64,000 nt of DNA from Gammaproteobacteria bacterium (GCA_963662545.2 CAXXLL010000003.1:1568001-1632000), one strand, 5' to 3'; shown: positions 54,113 through 64,000, numbered from the stretch's first letter. Translations and numbers: made by a program. Notes: generated from the letters alone by a model not told the origin.

Positions 54113-54990
54113 CTGACCCCGACGATAAAGAGTTCGCTTGGGAGCAAGAGGACGCCGGCAAAGCAAATCTCGGCGCGAAACTTCGCGAAGCACGTGAACA
54201 GCGTAACCTCAGTATCGTGGACCTGGCTCGCTGTCTTCGGCTAAATCCTCGCGTCATCGAATGTCTGGAAGCAAATCAGGTCGATCAACTACCGGCGCCG
54301 GCATACGTGAGGGGCTATATTCGTTCAATTGCCAAAGAAATCGAAATCGACAGCGCTTCTTTGATTGCTATCTATGACCTCCAGTTTCGAAGTGAACCAC
54401 CTTCACTTGCGGATTTCGCGTCCCGCGCGCCAGAACAAATTACCAGCGACAGCAATATTATTCGCTATACCACAATCGCGCTGTGCATTGTCATGGTCCT
54501 GATGGTAGCGCTGTGGTGGCGCGCACATGACATCGAGATCCCTTCATTCGTAAGCGGCACTGGCACGACCCCCGCCAGTGATAAAGCAATCGTTCCGGCT
54601 ACGGACCCGCTTTCCTACTCGTTCGAATTGGTCGTGCATCCGGATAGTCCTTTTTACCGCGCTACCATTTCCGCGGCCGCAAATACTGGGGACGCAATAG
54701 ATGAAGTCGATGCCCCATCCGACCTTGTCACGCCGCCTCTCGACACGGGTCTTTCAATTTCAACAACCGAGGAGGTTTGGGTGGAAGTCTCCGACGCCCG
54801 CGGCAACCGTCTCTATTACAGCCTGGCCAAACCGGGGAACGATATCAGGATCACCGGTGAACGACCGTATTCCTTAGTGATTGGCAATTCCGCAGTCGTT
54901 ACGGTGACCTTCGACGGAGAACGGGTCGACATCACCCCTTATGCCGAATCCGGAGTCGCTCGATTACGGCTCGGAGATCGCGCTGAATAA
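54109..54990 (+). CDS. rodZ: Cytoskeleton protein RodZ
   Basis: N-terminal HTH (LREARE..YVRGYIR), single TM, C-terminal WVEVSDA..LVIGN domain. Confidence 0.9.
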   Translation: MTDPDDKEFAWEQEDAGKANLGAKLREAREQRNLSIVDLARCLRLNPRVIECLEANQVDQLPAPAYVRGYIRSIAKEIEIDSASLIAIYDLQFRSEPPSLADFASRAPEQITSDSNIIRYTTIALCIVMVLMVALWWRAHDIEIPSFVSGTGTTPASDKAIVPATDPLSYSFELVVHPDSPFYRATISAAANTGDAIDEVDAPSDLVTPPLDTGLSISTTEEVWVEVSDARGNRLYYSLAKPGNDIRITGERPYSLVIGNSAVVTVTFDGERVDITPYAESGVARLRLGDRAE

Positions 54991-54995
54991 CATAA

Positions 54996-55157
54996 GCAAC
55001 CTCTGAATAAGTGATGGCCCATCGGTCTTGCCTATGAAATCGCGGAGCCTTACGTTACGAACCTTGTCCTTAGTCCCCGCTATGGCCTGCGATTCGTGCC
55101 TTGCTCTGCACCATTGCATGAACAAGTCAGACGCACCATGACTTATTCAGAGGTTCC
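54996..55157 (-). mobile_element. 162-bp MITE family copy D (opposite orientation)
   Basis: ATAA|GCAACCTCTGAATAAG...CTTATTCAGAGGTTCC|TTAA; interior is the reverse complement of copies A-C. Confidence 0.88.
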
Positions 55158-55176
55158 TTAACGGACAAACGGCAGC

Positions 55177-56448
55177 ATGGGCCAGCAACTTCAATCGGTT
55201 CGCGGGATGAATGACATTCTTCCACAGGATTGCTCCGCATGGCGCGAGCTGGAAGACCAAATCATCAGCATATTGGCGAGCTACGGCTACCGGGAAATCC
55301 GTCTGCCCATCGTCGAACAATCCGGCGTATTCGAAAGATCCATCGGGGAGGCGACCGATATCGTGCAGAAGGAAATGTACACTTTCGAGGGTAGAAATGG
55401 CGAGAGCCTGACACTGCGCCCGGAAGGCACGGCCGGGTGCGTACGTGCAGTGCTACAACATGGATTATTGCAGCATCTTCCCGCACGGCTTTGGTATCTA
55501 GGGCCGATGTTTCGTCATGAGCGGCCCCAACGCGGACGGCATCGCCAATTCCACCAGTTCGGCGTGGAAGCCTTCGGCGCCCCGGGTCCTGACGTCGATG
55601 CTGAGCTCATTTTGATGACGGCTCGCATATGGCACGCGATTGGCCTCGATAATTTGCGCCTCGAATTGAATTCGCTCGGCACCGCCGTCGCTCGGTCGGC
55701 CTACCGGAGCATCTTGACGAAGTATTTCGGATCCCGTGTTGACGAACTAGACCGCGACAGTCGCGACCGCCTGGGGCGTAATCCCCTACGAATTCTGGAC
55801 AGCAAGAACCCCCAAATGAGTGCGATTATCGCCGAAGCTCCGTCCATTGCCGAACACCTCGACGAGGAATCCCAGCTTCATTTCGACCAGCTGTGTGAAT
55901 TGCTCACCACAAACAATATCGATTTCGAACTCAATCCCACGCTAGTGCGCGGCCTGGATTACTATTCACGCACCGTATTCGAATGGATCACCTCGGATCT
56001 TGGCGCACAGGGCACTGTTTGCGCTGGCGGTCGCTATGACGATTTGATTAAACTATTCGGCGGCAAGCCCATGCCGGCCGTGGGCTTCGCGATGGGGATC
56101 GAGCGCGTGATCGAACTGAAAAGGGCAGAAGGTGCAAGCAAGCCCGTCGCGCCTGACCTTTACGTCATGGCCACTAGTTTGGAACTCGACATCCACGCCG
56201 CGTCCCTCGCCGAATCGCTCAGAACGAGTTTCCCTCAATGGCGGATTTCATTCCACGTCGGTGGTGGAAGTCTGAAATCCCGCATGAAAAAGGCCGATCG
56301 CTCCGGTGCCCGATTAGCGTTGATACTCGGTGAAGACGAACATGCCAATGACGAGGTCACCGTCAAACCGCTGAGGACGGAAGATCGGCAAAGCGTGTAT
56401 CCGCGGCACGCACTCGCCGCCGAATTGCCGCGACTGCTTTCGCCTTAA
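55177..56448 (+). CDS. hisS: Histidine--tRNA ligase
   Basis: RGMND, KEMYTF, LRPEGTA, FRHERPQRGR, RGLDYY, GGRYD. Confidence 0.98.
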   Translation: MGQQLQSVRGMNDILPQDCSAWRELEDQIISILASYGYREIRLPIVEQSGVFERSIGEATDIVQKEMYTFEGRNGESLTLRPEGTAGCVRAVLQHGLLQHLPARLWYLGPMFRHERPQRGRHRQFHQFGVEAFGAPGPDVDAELILMTARIWHAIGLDNLRLELNSLGTAVARSAYRSILTKYFGSRVDELDRDSRDRLGRNPLRILDSKNPQMSAIIAEAPSIAEHLDEESQLHFDQLCELLTTNNIDFELNPTLVRGLDYYSRTVFEWITSDLGAQGTVCAGGRYDDLIKLFGGKPMPAVGFAMGIERVIELKRAEGASKPVAPDLYVMATSLELDIHAASLAESLRTSFPQWRISFHVGGGSLKSRMKKADRSGARLALILGEDEHANDEVTVKPLRTEDRQSVYPRHALAAELPRLLSP

Positions 56449-56581
56449 CAGGCTGTTTCCGGTAACAAGGACGTACCGGCATCGATTTGGCGATCAAATG
56501 CTGATAGGTGGAGCTCAGCCGAAACTGCGTTTTCGGGTGAGTCGAATTGAAAGACATAGGACATCGTATCTCAACATCCTG
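56449..56581. mobile_element. 133-bp MITE-like element with TTAA on both sides
   Basis: TTAA|CAGGCTGTT...AACATCCTG|TTAA; the left TTAA contains the hisS stop. Confidence 0.7.
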
Positions 56582-56780
56582 TTAATTCCCGACCGCGTAC
56601 GGCGCAAACCCGCCCAATATCGTTATAATTCGCTGTTTTAATCGCCAGGTCGGTCTGTCTTCCGTGCGTGAACGGAGCAAAACGTAAACGCCATGCCGAA
56701 TACGGCAAGGTACGAAATGTCAGGAAGACTATTTTCACCGTCTTATGAATTGTACCGGAGCCTTCCGAGCGGAGAATTCA

Positions 56781-57425
56781 GTGGTAGATCACTACCTTTC
56801 CGAAAAAGAACAGATTGAACAGCTAAAACGCTGGTGGAACGAAAACGGGAAATCGTTGGTTGCGGGCCTGGTTATCGGCATTGGTGGGCTTGCGGGCTAC
56901 GGCTATTGGGATAACGTGCAGACCGTCCGGTCCGAAAATGCGTCAATCAACTACGAACACTTTCTTCAGATGTTGGCCGAAGGCCGCAGCGATGACGCTG
57001 TCGATGCTGGACTCGCCATCCGCGACAATTATTCCGGTACGGCGTATGCAAATCTGGGCACTTTGCTACTCGCCAAGATCGCTGTCGATGGCGGCGAATA
57101 TGAGCAAGCCAAGCAGTATCTCCGCAATCTGATCGACGGATCTGGCGACGGTGAGATCGGACATGTAGCCCGCGCGCGTCTTGCCCGGATTCTCCTGGCA
57201 GAAGGTTCGGTGGATGAGGCGAGCGTACTGGTTGCGAAGATTCCACAGATTAACGACCAGGAACGTTTCGCCGAGTTGCGCGGCGACATCCTAACGGCAC
57301 GCGGCGAACTTCAAAGTGCTAAAACCATGTATCTACAGGCACTCGCGAAAGCCCGTGAATTGGGACTTGAGCGAAGCACGGTTCAGTTCAAACTCGACAA
57401 TTTGCACTTCAACGCCGTGGATTAG
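56781..57425 (+). CDS. yfgM: YfgM ancillary SecYEG subunit (TPR)
   Basis: EKEQIEQLKRWWNENG, TM, ELRGDIL; GTG start after GGAG. Confidence 0.9.
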   Translation: MVDHYLSEKEQIEQLKRWWNENGKSLVAGLVIGIGGLAGYGYWDNVQTVRSENASINYEHFLQMLAEGRSDDAVDAGLAIRDNYSGTAYANLGTLLLAKIAVDGGEYEQAKQYLRNLIDGSGDGEIGHVARARLARILLAEGSVDEASVLVAKIPQINDQERFAELRGDILTARGELQSAKTMYLQALAKARELGLERSTVQFKLDNLHFNAVD

Positions 57426-58624
57426 TGATTGTGACCCGCCGTGTAGCGCATTTCGCGATGATCGTTGGCCTGTCGTTAATGACAGCTGGTTGCGGCACCT
57501 TTAAGTCCGTTGCGAACACCTTCTCCGATGTCCTCGGCAGCGAAGAAAGTAACGCCATGAACCCGATGAAGCTCGAGGATTTCGAGCCGCGTATTTCGGT
57601 AGATGATCTTTGGTCGAAGCGCGTTGGTAAGGGAGCCGACGACCACTACCTGAAACTGACCCCAACGGTTCTGGGAAGTAGTCTCTTTGTGGCCGATCGT
57701 TACGGCAGGCTCGCCGCCACCGATCTCGAATCCGGTGAAATCATATGGGAAGTTCGTGACAAGAATGTGCAATACACCGGCGGGCCGGGCGCCGGCGACG
57801 GCCTCGTGTTGATTGGTACCGGCGACGCCCGCGTAATTGCACGGGAAGTGGATAGCGGTAAGCTGCGCTGGGTAGCCAAAGTGTCGAGCGAAGTTCTGAG
57901 TTCACCGCGTGCCGCGAACGGCGTGGTCGTGGTTCGCACGGGTGACGGCAGGCTGTACGGTCTCAATTCTCAGTCCGGCGCTCAGATATGGGTCTATGAT
58001 CGGACCGTTCCAACCTTGACCTTACGCGGAAACGCAACACCTGCCATCGATGGTGATCTCGTGCTGGCCGGCTTCGATAACGGCCGGGTGGTGGCCTTGA
58101 AACTAAAAACCGGCAAATTAATCTGGGAGAGCCGGCTTGCGATCCCGAGAGGTCGATCTGACCTGGAACGCATGGTGGATGTCGACGGCGAACCCGTCGT
58201 CGTCGGCGGAACCGTATACGTTTCGAGCTTTCAAGGCGCCGTCGCAGCGATATCAGTGCTCGACGGGCAAATCGAATGGACGCGCGATATTTCATCGTAT
58301 GCTGAGCTCGCTGCCGGAGATGAACGCATATACATCACCGACGCGACCGGATTGGTCTGGGCACTCGACCGGCATTCCGGCAATTCGATATGGAAGCAGG
58401 AGAAACTCGCTCACCGTCTGGTCAGCGGACCGAGTTATTTTAAGGGCTACATCATTGTCGGTGACTTCGAAGGCTATATGCACTGGCTTGACGCCAGCAC
58501 GGGTGATTTTGCTTTCCGCGCAAAAATTGATAAAAACCGGATCATCTCGCCGGCCATCACCGCTGGAAACGTCCTTTTGAGCTACTCTTCCGCTGGCCGC
58601 CTGCTGGCCATGCGGATCCAGTAG
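57425..58624 (+). CDS. bamB: Outer membrane assembly lipoprotein BamB
   Basis: Lipobox TAGC, PQQ-like propeller repeats, PTLTLRG, DLERMVDVD. Confidence 0.95.
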   Translation: MIVTRRVAHFAMIVGLSLMTAGCGTFKSVANTFSDVLGSEESNAMNPMKLEDFEPRISVDDLWSKRVGKGADDHYLKLTPTVLGSSLFVADRYGRLAATDLESGEIIWEVRDKNVQYTGGPGAGDGLVLIGTGDARVIAREVDSGKLRWVAKVSSEVLSSPRAANGVVVVRTGDGRLYGLNSQSGAQIWVYDRTVPTLTLRGNATPAIDGDLVLAGFDNGRVVALKLKTGKLIWESRLAIPRGRSDLERMVDVDGEPVVVGGTVYVSSFQGAVAAISVLDGQIEWTRDISSYAELAAGDERIYITDATGLVWALDRHSGNSIWKQEKLAHRLVSGPSYFKGYIIVGDFEGYMHWLDASTGDFAFRAKIDKNRIISPAITAGNVLLSYSSAGRLLAMRIQ

Positions 58625-58653
58625 TCCGTGCCGGGCTCCGCCGGGTCCCGGTC

Positions 58654-60075
58654 ATGACCGTTCAAAGCCAAACATCGAATAAGCCCACGATTGCCATCGT
58701 CGGGCGTCCCAACGTCGGTAAATCAACCTTGTACAACCGCCTAACGCGATCGAGAGATGCGCTCGTTGCAGACGTGCCTGGATTAACGCGTGACCCCAAG
58801 GTCGGAGTCGGACGCCTCGGAGAGGCAGGATATATCGCCGTTGATACCGGCGGCATCGACGATGCAGCGTCTGATGAACTGAGTCATATCGTTGCCCGAC
58901 ATGCGCTGGACATTGCACGTGACTGCGACGCCGCCATTCTGATGGTCGACGGTCGCGCCGGAATGAATGCAAGCGACCAGCAGCTGGCGCGTAATATGCG
59001 CAAGGCAGGCGTGGAAATCTTTCTCGCGGTGAACAAAACCGAAGGTCAGGATCCGGACATTGCCGTGTCCGAGTTTGCCGCAATGGGAATCCCGCACATC
59101 CATGCCATCTCCGCTACACACGGAGACGGCGTTGCCTCGCTGATCGCTGAGATCACGACTGATTGGCCGACGGCCGATATCGATGTCGACGACGCTCCGA
59201 ACGATCGTATCCGCGTAGCGGTCATCGGGCGTCCGAACGTCGGAAAATCGACGCTGGTCAACCGATTATTGGGGCAGGATCGCATGATAACCTGCGATGT
59301 TCCTGGTACGACGCGTGACAGTATCGATTCTGATTTCGAACGCGACGGCCAGGCATATACTGTGATCGATACGGCTGGGCTGAGACGCAAGCGCCGCGCG
59401 CGGGGCGTCGCCGAAAAGTTCAGCGCGATTCAGGCCCTTCAGGCGCTCGAGCGGGCTCAAATCGCGTTGCTCGTACTCGACGCGCGAGAGTCGGTCACTG
59501 ATCAGGATCTCAACTTGCTTGGCATGATCATCGATGCCGGGCGCGCGCTGGTCGTCGCGGTTAACAAGTGGGACGGGTTGAGCGCAGATGTACGTTTACA
59601 GATCCGCCGTGATCTCGACCGCCGGCTTCGATTTGCTGATTACGCGGAAATCCGCTGCATCTCCGCCCTGCATGGGAGCGGCGTCGGTGAACTATTCCCG
59701 TTGATCGTCGCAGCCTGGCGGTCGGCTTTCGTTGCGCCCAAAACCAGCGACCTTTCCAGTATGCTCGAACAGGCGACGGCATCGCATCAACCGCCACTGG
59801 TGCGTGGCAGGAGAATCAAGCTCAGATTTGCCCATCTCGGCGGAAAGAATCCACCGAGAATCGTGATCCACGGCAACCAGATCGATGCGATACCTGGTTC
59901 TTACAAGCGCTATCTCGCCAACTTTTTTCGCGAAAATCTGAGGCTCGTCGGTACGCCTGTTCACCTGGAATTCCGACAAGGGGAAAATCCGTTTGCCGGC
60001 AGGCGAAACAAACTTAACAAACGGCAAATCAACAAACGCCGGCGCCTGATGAGCCACGTCAAACGCAGAAAATAG
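58654..60075 (+). CDS. der: Ribosome biogenesis GTPase Der (EngA)
   Basis: Two GRPNVGKSTL G1 motifs, DTGG/DTAG, NKWD. Confidence 0.97.
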   Translation: MTVQSQTSNKPTIAIVGRPNVGKSTLYNRLTRSRDALVADVPGLTRDPKVGVGRLGEAGYIAVDTGGIDDAASDELSHIVARHALDIARDCDAAILMVDGRAGMNASDQQLARNMRKAGVEIFLAVNKTEGQDPDIAVSEFAAMGIPHIHAISATHGDGVASLIAEITTDWPTADIDVDDAPNDRIRVAVIGRPNVGKSTLVNRLLGQDRMITCDVPGTTRDSIDSDFERDGQAYTVIDTAGLRRKRRARGVAEKFSAIQALQALERAQIALLVLDARESVTDQDLNLLGMIIDAGRALVVAVNKWDGLSADVRLQIRRDLDRRLRFADYAEIRCISALHGSGVGELFPLIVAAWRSAFVAPKTSDLSSMLEQATASHQPPLVRGRRIKLRFAHLGGKNPPRIVIHGNQIDAIPGSYKRYLANFFRENLRLVGTPVHLEFRQGENPFAGRRNKLNKRQINKRRRLMSHVKRRK

Positions 60076-60204
60076 AACCACAGAGGTCGCGGATTAAAAC
60101 AATATAAATATGACCGCTACACGGCCATCTTTTTGTCCCTCTATATTCTCTGTGCTTAATAGCAATTGTATTTGGGAGCTGCGGGATTAAGAATCAGCCT
60201 AGGA
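60076..60204. repeat. Composite palindromic element, copy 3 (left flank missing, degenerate)
   Basis: AACCACAGAG...ATGACCGCTACA...CTCTGTGCTT, then AATAGCAATTGTATTTGGGAGCTGCGGGATTAAGAATCAGCCTAGGA, which aligns with the right flanks of copies 1 and 2; begins right after the der stop. Confidence 0.75.
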
Positions 60205-60295
60205 CTCGACCCCACGTCGAGCATTCCGGCCGAGCAATCGCTAATCAGGGCGTGCCGTTGGGCCGCGATAGTAGAAGCTTGGTGCGTGTTGCGGG

Positions 60296-61057
60296 CTAGA
60301 TATCGCACCACGGTAACACCATGTGCTGCGATGCAATTCGCCACGAAGCGTGCTCAGGCGTATGCCTTCCTAGACAGGGTTTTACCCGTTCGGGTGAATT
60401 CGTTTTTTCGCTCAGGTGAGCCGCGACCAGATGGGTCAGTCTGGTCAAATCCAGTTGCGTGAGCATGCGCTCGGCCTGATCGTTGCTCAGGTGCCCGAAC
60501 TGCCCTCCGATCCGGGCCCGCAGACTCGCCGGGTACGGACTCGAGGACAACAGATCCTCGTCGTGATTGAATTCCAGGATGAGCGCGTCAAGACGCTGGA
60601 AATGCCGGAGAAGGTGTGGCGTCACCGTGCCCAAATCGGTCAAGATCCCGAGGCGCCGATCGTTTGCGGCGACGACGAACTGGCACGGCTCATACGCATC
60701 GTGCGGAACAATGGCAGGCGCCAGGGAAAATACGCCGATCTCGAGTTCGCTTTCCGGCGCGAATTCAATGACAGAATAAGCGTTGGCCAATCGCCCGTCG
60801 GCGCCGCGATGTGTGCCCGAGGTCGCATAAATGGGGACTCGGTGCTTGCGAGAAAACGAGGCGGCGCCCGCAATATGGTCGTCGTGTTCGTGGGTCAAAA
60901 CGATCGCCAGCAGCGTCTGCGGTGTAATTTCGAGAAGATTGAGCCGCTTTTCGATCTGGCGCACGCTGAGGCCGCAATCGATCATGATGGCCTCGGCGTC
61001 TTGGTGGACGACCGTGGCGTTGCCGGCACTGCCGCTGCCTAATGTCGAGAACCTCAC
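60296..61057 (-). CDS. MBL-fold metallo-hydrolase (YycJ/WalJ-like)
   Basis: LGSGSAGNA, IDCG, THEHDDH, PHDA, GHLSN, HLSEKTN. Confidence 0.93.
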   Translation of the reverse strand: MRFSTLGSGSAGNATVVHQDAEAIMIDCGLSVRQIEKRLNLLEITPQTLLAIVLTHEHDDHIAGAASFSRKHRVPIYATSGTHRGADGRLANAYSVIEFAPESELEIGVFSLAPAIVPHDAYEPCQFVVAANDRRLGILTDLGTVTPHLLRHFQRLDALILEFNHDEDLLSSSPYPASLRARIGGQFGHLSNDQAERMLTQLDLTRLTHLVAAHLSEKTNSPERVKPCLGRHTPEHASWRIASQHMVLPWCDI

Positions 61058-61058
61058 A

Positions 61059-62249
61059 CTACTCGATACGGCTGCTGTTCAACGCGTCATGCAACATAGT
61101 CAGCAATTGTCCCGCCTGATCCCCCGTTTCCCAACGTCCATCCTTGTCCAGTACGACGACTTCCGTCTTGTCTCCGACGCCCGTCAGGCTCAGTTGGAAT
61201 TCCTCGCCTTTTTCACGATCCCAAAATTTGAGCTTGTTCCATACACCCGTTTCCTCGTCCGCGGCAGCCGCTCGCGCCATCTCCACCAGGTACACGCCAC
61301 GCCCCTTATCGGAATCCTTGACGTCAACACCCGCTTTCTCGAGCGCCCGGCCTGTCGTCTTCCAGGCCGTGGGAAAATCCTCGGCAACCGTCAGGTAAAT
61401 CTTGCCGCCGCCGACACTGACAATTTCAGCGTGGCGCGGTCCGACGGTGTCGGGCATGGAAGTGCCGATGCTGCGGGGCTCCAGCACGGTTGCCGCGATA
61501 TCATCAGCTGGCGCTTTCGCTTCAGGACTTGTATCGAAAGAAGGTTCGTCCGTGCTCGCCACCACCGCGGATTCACCCGTCATGTACTCCTGCAGACGCT
61601 CGACGACTTTGCGCACGTCATCGGCATTATGCGGTTTACGTTGCCACACTAGATCTTCGCCCTGCGGCGCCAACTCCTCCCTCTCGTGGGATATGTACAA
61701 TACCGTCGTCCCAGGTTCTTCGCCCGGGTCCGCAAAAACCTTGAACTTCTCGCGAGACAATTCACTCTCGTCTTCGATCCAGGCGGTCTCAATCACGCCG
61801 AGCTCGACATCATCAAGGTCGAGGGTATAGCCCAGATCTTGCCAGAATTCCTGTATTTTCGGCCATATTTGCACGGCCATACCCTCAACGGCGAGGACGT
61901 ATTCGTCCTCTAGTACGCGGATCGCGGAGGTTTGCGTTTTTTCCAACTGTTCCGCGCGTTGCCGCACGGCACGTCGTTCTTGATACGCCGAATACCGGGC
62001 AACTTTACCTCCCTCCGGTATAGCCATGCGGTCACGGATTGCTTCGGTACTCAGGTCCGGTGGTACTTCGAGATCCGGAAGAGTCTCGGCCTTTTGATAT
62101 TCCTTACGGGTGTCGGGAATTACTTCGCCCAACTTGGGAATGAGTTTACTGCAAGCGCTCGTGGAAATGATGATTGTAATACCGACGATCACAACCCTGA
62201 TCGTGTACGGAAATCTTTGTCTCAACTCGACCAACTCCCTCGAGTTCAT
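61059..62249 (-). CDS. bamC: Outer membrane assembly lipoprotein BamC (NlpB/DapX)
   Basis: Lipobox TSAC, LEVPPDL, GVIETAW, DKGRGVY; ATGA overlap with the dapA stop. Confidence 0.88.
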   Translation of the reverse strand: MNSRELVELRQRFPYTIRVVIVGITIIISTSACSKLIPKLGEVIPDTRKEYQKAETLPDLEVPPDLSTEAIRDRMAIPEGGKVARYSAYQERRAVRQRAEQLEKTQTSAIRVLEDEYVLAVEGMAVQIWPKIQEFWQDLGYTLDLDDVELGVIETAWIEDESELSREKFKVFADPGEEPGTTVLYISHEREELAPQGEDLVWQRKPHNADDVRKVVERLQEYMTGESAVVASTDEPSFDTSPEAKAPADDIAATVLEPRSIGTSMPDTVGPRHAEIVSVGGGKIYLTVAEDFPTAWKTTGRALEKAGVDVKDSDKGRGVYLVEMARAAAADEETGVWNKLKFWDREKGEEFQLSLTGVGDKTEVVVLDKDGRWETGDQAGQLLTMLHDALNSSRIE

Positions 62250-63148
62250 GCGTGGATCGTTACTTCTGCACAATTCATGGCATTCTTAACCCTCTCCCGA
62301 TACTGTTCCGACAACCAAGTCAAAGGCAAGCGGATACCGGCTTTCACCAATCCCAATTCATGGACCGCCCACTTGACGGGAATCGGGTTCGCCTCGAGAA
62401 AGAGATCACGGTGCAGGGCTTGGAGCCGGCTGTCGATGTCTCTAGCGGTTTCCTCATCTCTCTGCAGCACGGCGGTACACAATTCATGCATGAGCCGGGG
62501 CGCAACGTTGGCGGTTACTGAAATGACACCATGCCCTCCTGCCATGAGGAAATCACAAGCCGTGGCGTCGTCGCCGCTCAGCAGCAGGAAATCTTCGCCG
62601 GCGCGTTCCCGAATTTCTGCAACCCGATTGACTTCGGCCGTCGCTTCCTTGATGCCGATGATGTTGTCCACAGCCGCCAGTCTTCCGACCGTTTCCGGCA
62701 CCATGTCGCAAGCCGTACGTCCGGGAACGTTGTACAGAATCTGAGGAATATCGACGGCTTCGGCAACTGCCTCGAAATGCAGATACAGTCCTTCCTGGGT
62801 TGGCTTGTTGTAATACGGCGTAACCAGCAGACACGCGTCCGCGCCCGCCGTCTTCGCGCACTGCGTCAGGCGGATCGCTTCGTGCGTGGAGTTGGCTCCC
62901 GTTCCGGCGACCACCGGTATGCGGCCGGAAACGAGATCAACTACCATGCGAATGGCCTCACAGTGCTCTTCTTCGCTAAGGGTTGCTGACTCCCCGGTCG
63001 TGCCGACGGCGACGATGCCATCGCTGCCTTGATCGATATGAAACTCGACGAGCTCGGCGAAACCGTTCTCATCGAGCGGGGTTTCCGGACCGACTCCCGC
63101 CATCATGGGGGATACCAGAGCGACCAGGCTGCCGCTGAGCGAGTGCAT
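62246..63148 (-). CDS. dapA: 4-hydroxy-tetrahydrodipicolinate synthase
   Basis: GTTGES, TPYYNKP, LYNVPGRT, GIKEA, NPIPVK. Confidence 0.98.
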   Translation of the reverse strand: MHSLSGSLVALVSPMMAGVGPETPLDENGFAELVEFHIDQGSDGIVAVGTTGESATLSEEEHCEAIRMVVDLVSGRIPVVAGTGANSTHEAIRLTQCAKTAGADACLLVTPYYNKPTQEGLYLHFEAVAEAVDIPQILYNVPGRTACDMVPETVGRLAAVDNIIGIKEATAEVNRVAEIRERAGEDFLLLSGDDATACDFLMAGGHGVISVTANVAPRLMHELCTAVLQRDEETARDIDSRLQALHRDLFLEANPIPVKWAVHELGLVKAGIRLPLTWLSEQYRERVKNAMNCAEVTIHA

Positions 63149-63155
63149 AGTAATA

Positions 63156-63175
63156 TCCTTTAAAACAATCGCTTA
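63156..63175 (+). promoter_or_regulatory. IHF-like motif in the dapA/gcvR divergent region
   Basis: TCCTTTAAAACAATCGCTTA resembles the motifs at 2539-2560 and 11107-11127. Confidence 0.35.
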
Positions 63176-63332
63176 TATTAACTACTAGGCGCTATCAGGA
63201 CAAGATGGGAGGGTTTTATAGGGTCGTTGGCATCTGGCCGGGATTCGACCCGGACTTGCGGCTTACCGCGAACTCCAAGACAATCCCCGGTCCCCCGGAC
63301 GACTCGAACCACCACCACGACGCCCCTTCTAA

Positions 63333-63860
63333 ATGAAGAATTTCATTGCCATATCAGCTATCGGTGCAAATCGCCCGGGACTAATAGAACCGCTCGTTAA
63401 AACGATCAGTGAGTGCGGCTGCAATATTGTAGAATCTCGCATGTCCGTTCTGGGCGATCGCATTGCGATCATAATGCTCCTGTCGGGTACCTGGGACGCT
63501 ATTGCCAAGATTGAAAACCTGCTTGCGAGGCTTGAATCGGATCTTGAAATCACCCTTATCGCGCAGCGGGCGAAGACGCGCGAACCGGAACATGACTTGA
63601 TGCCCTACGCAGTAGAGGTGGTAGCGGTCGACCAGACTGGAATCGTTCACCAAATCGCGCAATTCTTCGCCCGGAGGCACATCAATATCGAGGATCTATA
63701 TTCTGGAAATTATGCTGCCGCACACACCGGAACGCCGATGTTTTCATTGCATATGACCGTCAGTATTCCAACCGACATCTCAATTGCCGCGCTGCGCAAT
63801 GAATTCATGGATTTTTGTGACCAGCTCAACCTGGATGCCATTATGGAGCCGGTCAAATAG
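63333..63860 (+). CDS. gcvR: Glycine cleavage system regulator GcvR (tandem ACT domains)
   Basis: [32 protein letters not shown]; divergent from dapA. Confidence 0.92.
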   Translation: MKNFIAISAIGANRPGLIEPLVKTISECGCNIVESRMSVLGDRIAIIMLLSGTWDAIAKIENLLARLESDLEITLIAQRAKTREPEHDLMPYAVEVVAVDQTGIVHQIAQFFARRHINIEDLYSGNYAAAHTGTPMFSLHMTVSIPTDISIAALRNEFMDFCDQLNLDAIMEPVK

Positions 63861-64000
63861 CAGCGGCTTCGATGTCGACCCGGCTGGGCCAGGCTTTCAA
63901 CAAGGATTTTACGAGTGTGGCGAGCGGAATCGCGAAAAAAACGCCCCAGAAACCCCATAAGCCGCCAAATACCAGCACTGCGACGATAATCGCTACGGGG
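63853..64000 (-). CDS. AI-2E family transporter PerM/YfgO, C-terminal part
   Basis: Manual translation [38 protein letters not shown]...AAAI-stop at 63853-63855. Confidence 0.9.
   Translation of the reverse strand, partial: PVAIIVAVLVFGGLWGFWGVFFAIPLATLVKSLLKAWPSRVDIEAAAI

Noticed and set aside
18838-56581. Integron attC cassette array
   Set aside because: The palindromes lack consistent RYYYAAC/GTTRRRY ends, separate core housekeeping genes, and no intI is present.
63180-63332. Glycine or lysine riboswitch in the dapA/gcvR spacer
   Set aside because: Region is short and lacks recognisable aptamer consensus.

Overview
Core-genome window from a moderately GC-rich Gammaproteobacterium (taxon inferred from gene order). 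Gene order: mrcA | pilMNOPQ-aroK-aroB-AAA/SPOR-gltBD-[ISL3]-hemE-DUF368-[DUF560/Slam-like, FecR+barrel, TPR-GT41] | lnt-corC-ybeY-phoH-miaB, panC-folK-pcnB (minus strand) | tRNA-Glu(CTC) | hydrolase, RDD, lptG | pepA-holC-valS | cysE-iscR-sufA-sufBCDS-sufT-ndk-rlmN-pilW-rodZ-hisS-yfgM-bamB-der | MBL-bamC-dapA | gcvR | perM (partial). Most of the unexplained structure is intergenic, where at least five families of short palindromic MITE/REP-like elements occur, many exactly on stop codons. The strongest novelty candidate is a ~212-bp composite repeat (3 copies) whose central ~45-bp core, bounded by inverted arms with 9-nt periodicity, is flipped in one copy relative to colinear flanks. Other points: a complete ISL3 with 8-bp TSD and an A7 -1 frameshift; a candidate type XI secretion plus glycosyltransferase locus; frameshifts in pilM and the DUF560 gene; absence of lptF, ispG, panB, bcp and sufE/U from their usual positions. 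All calls come from reading by eye, with no database searches; repeat boundaries may be off by a few bases.
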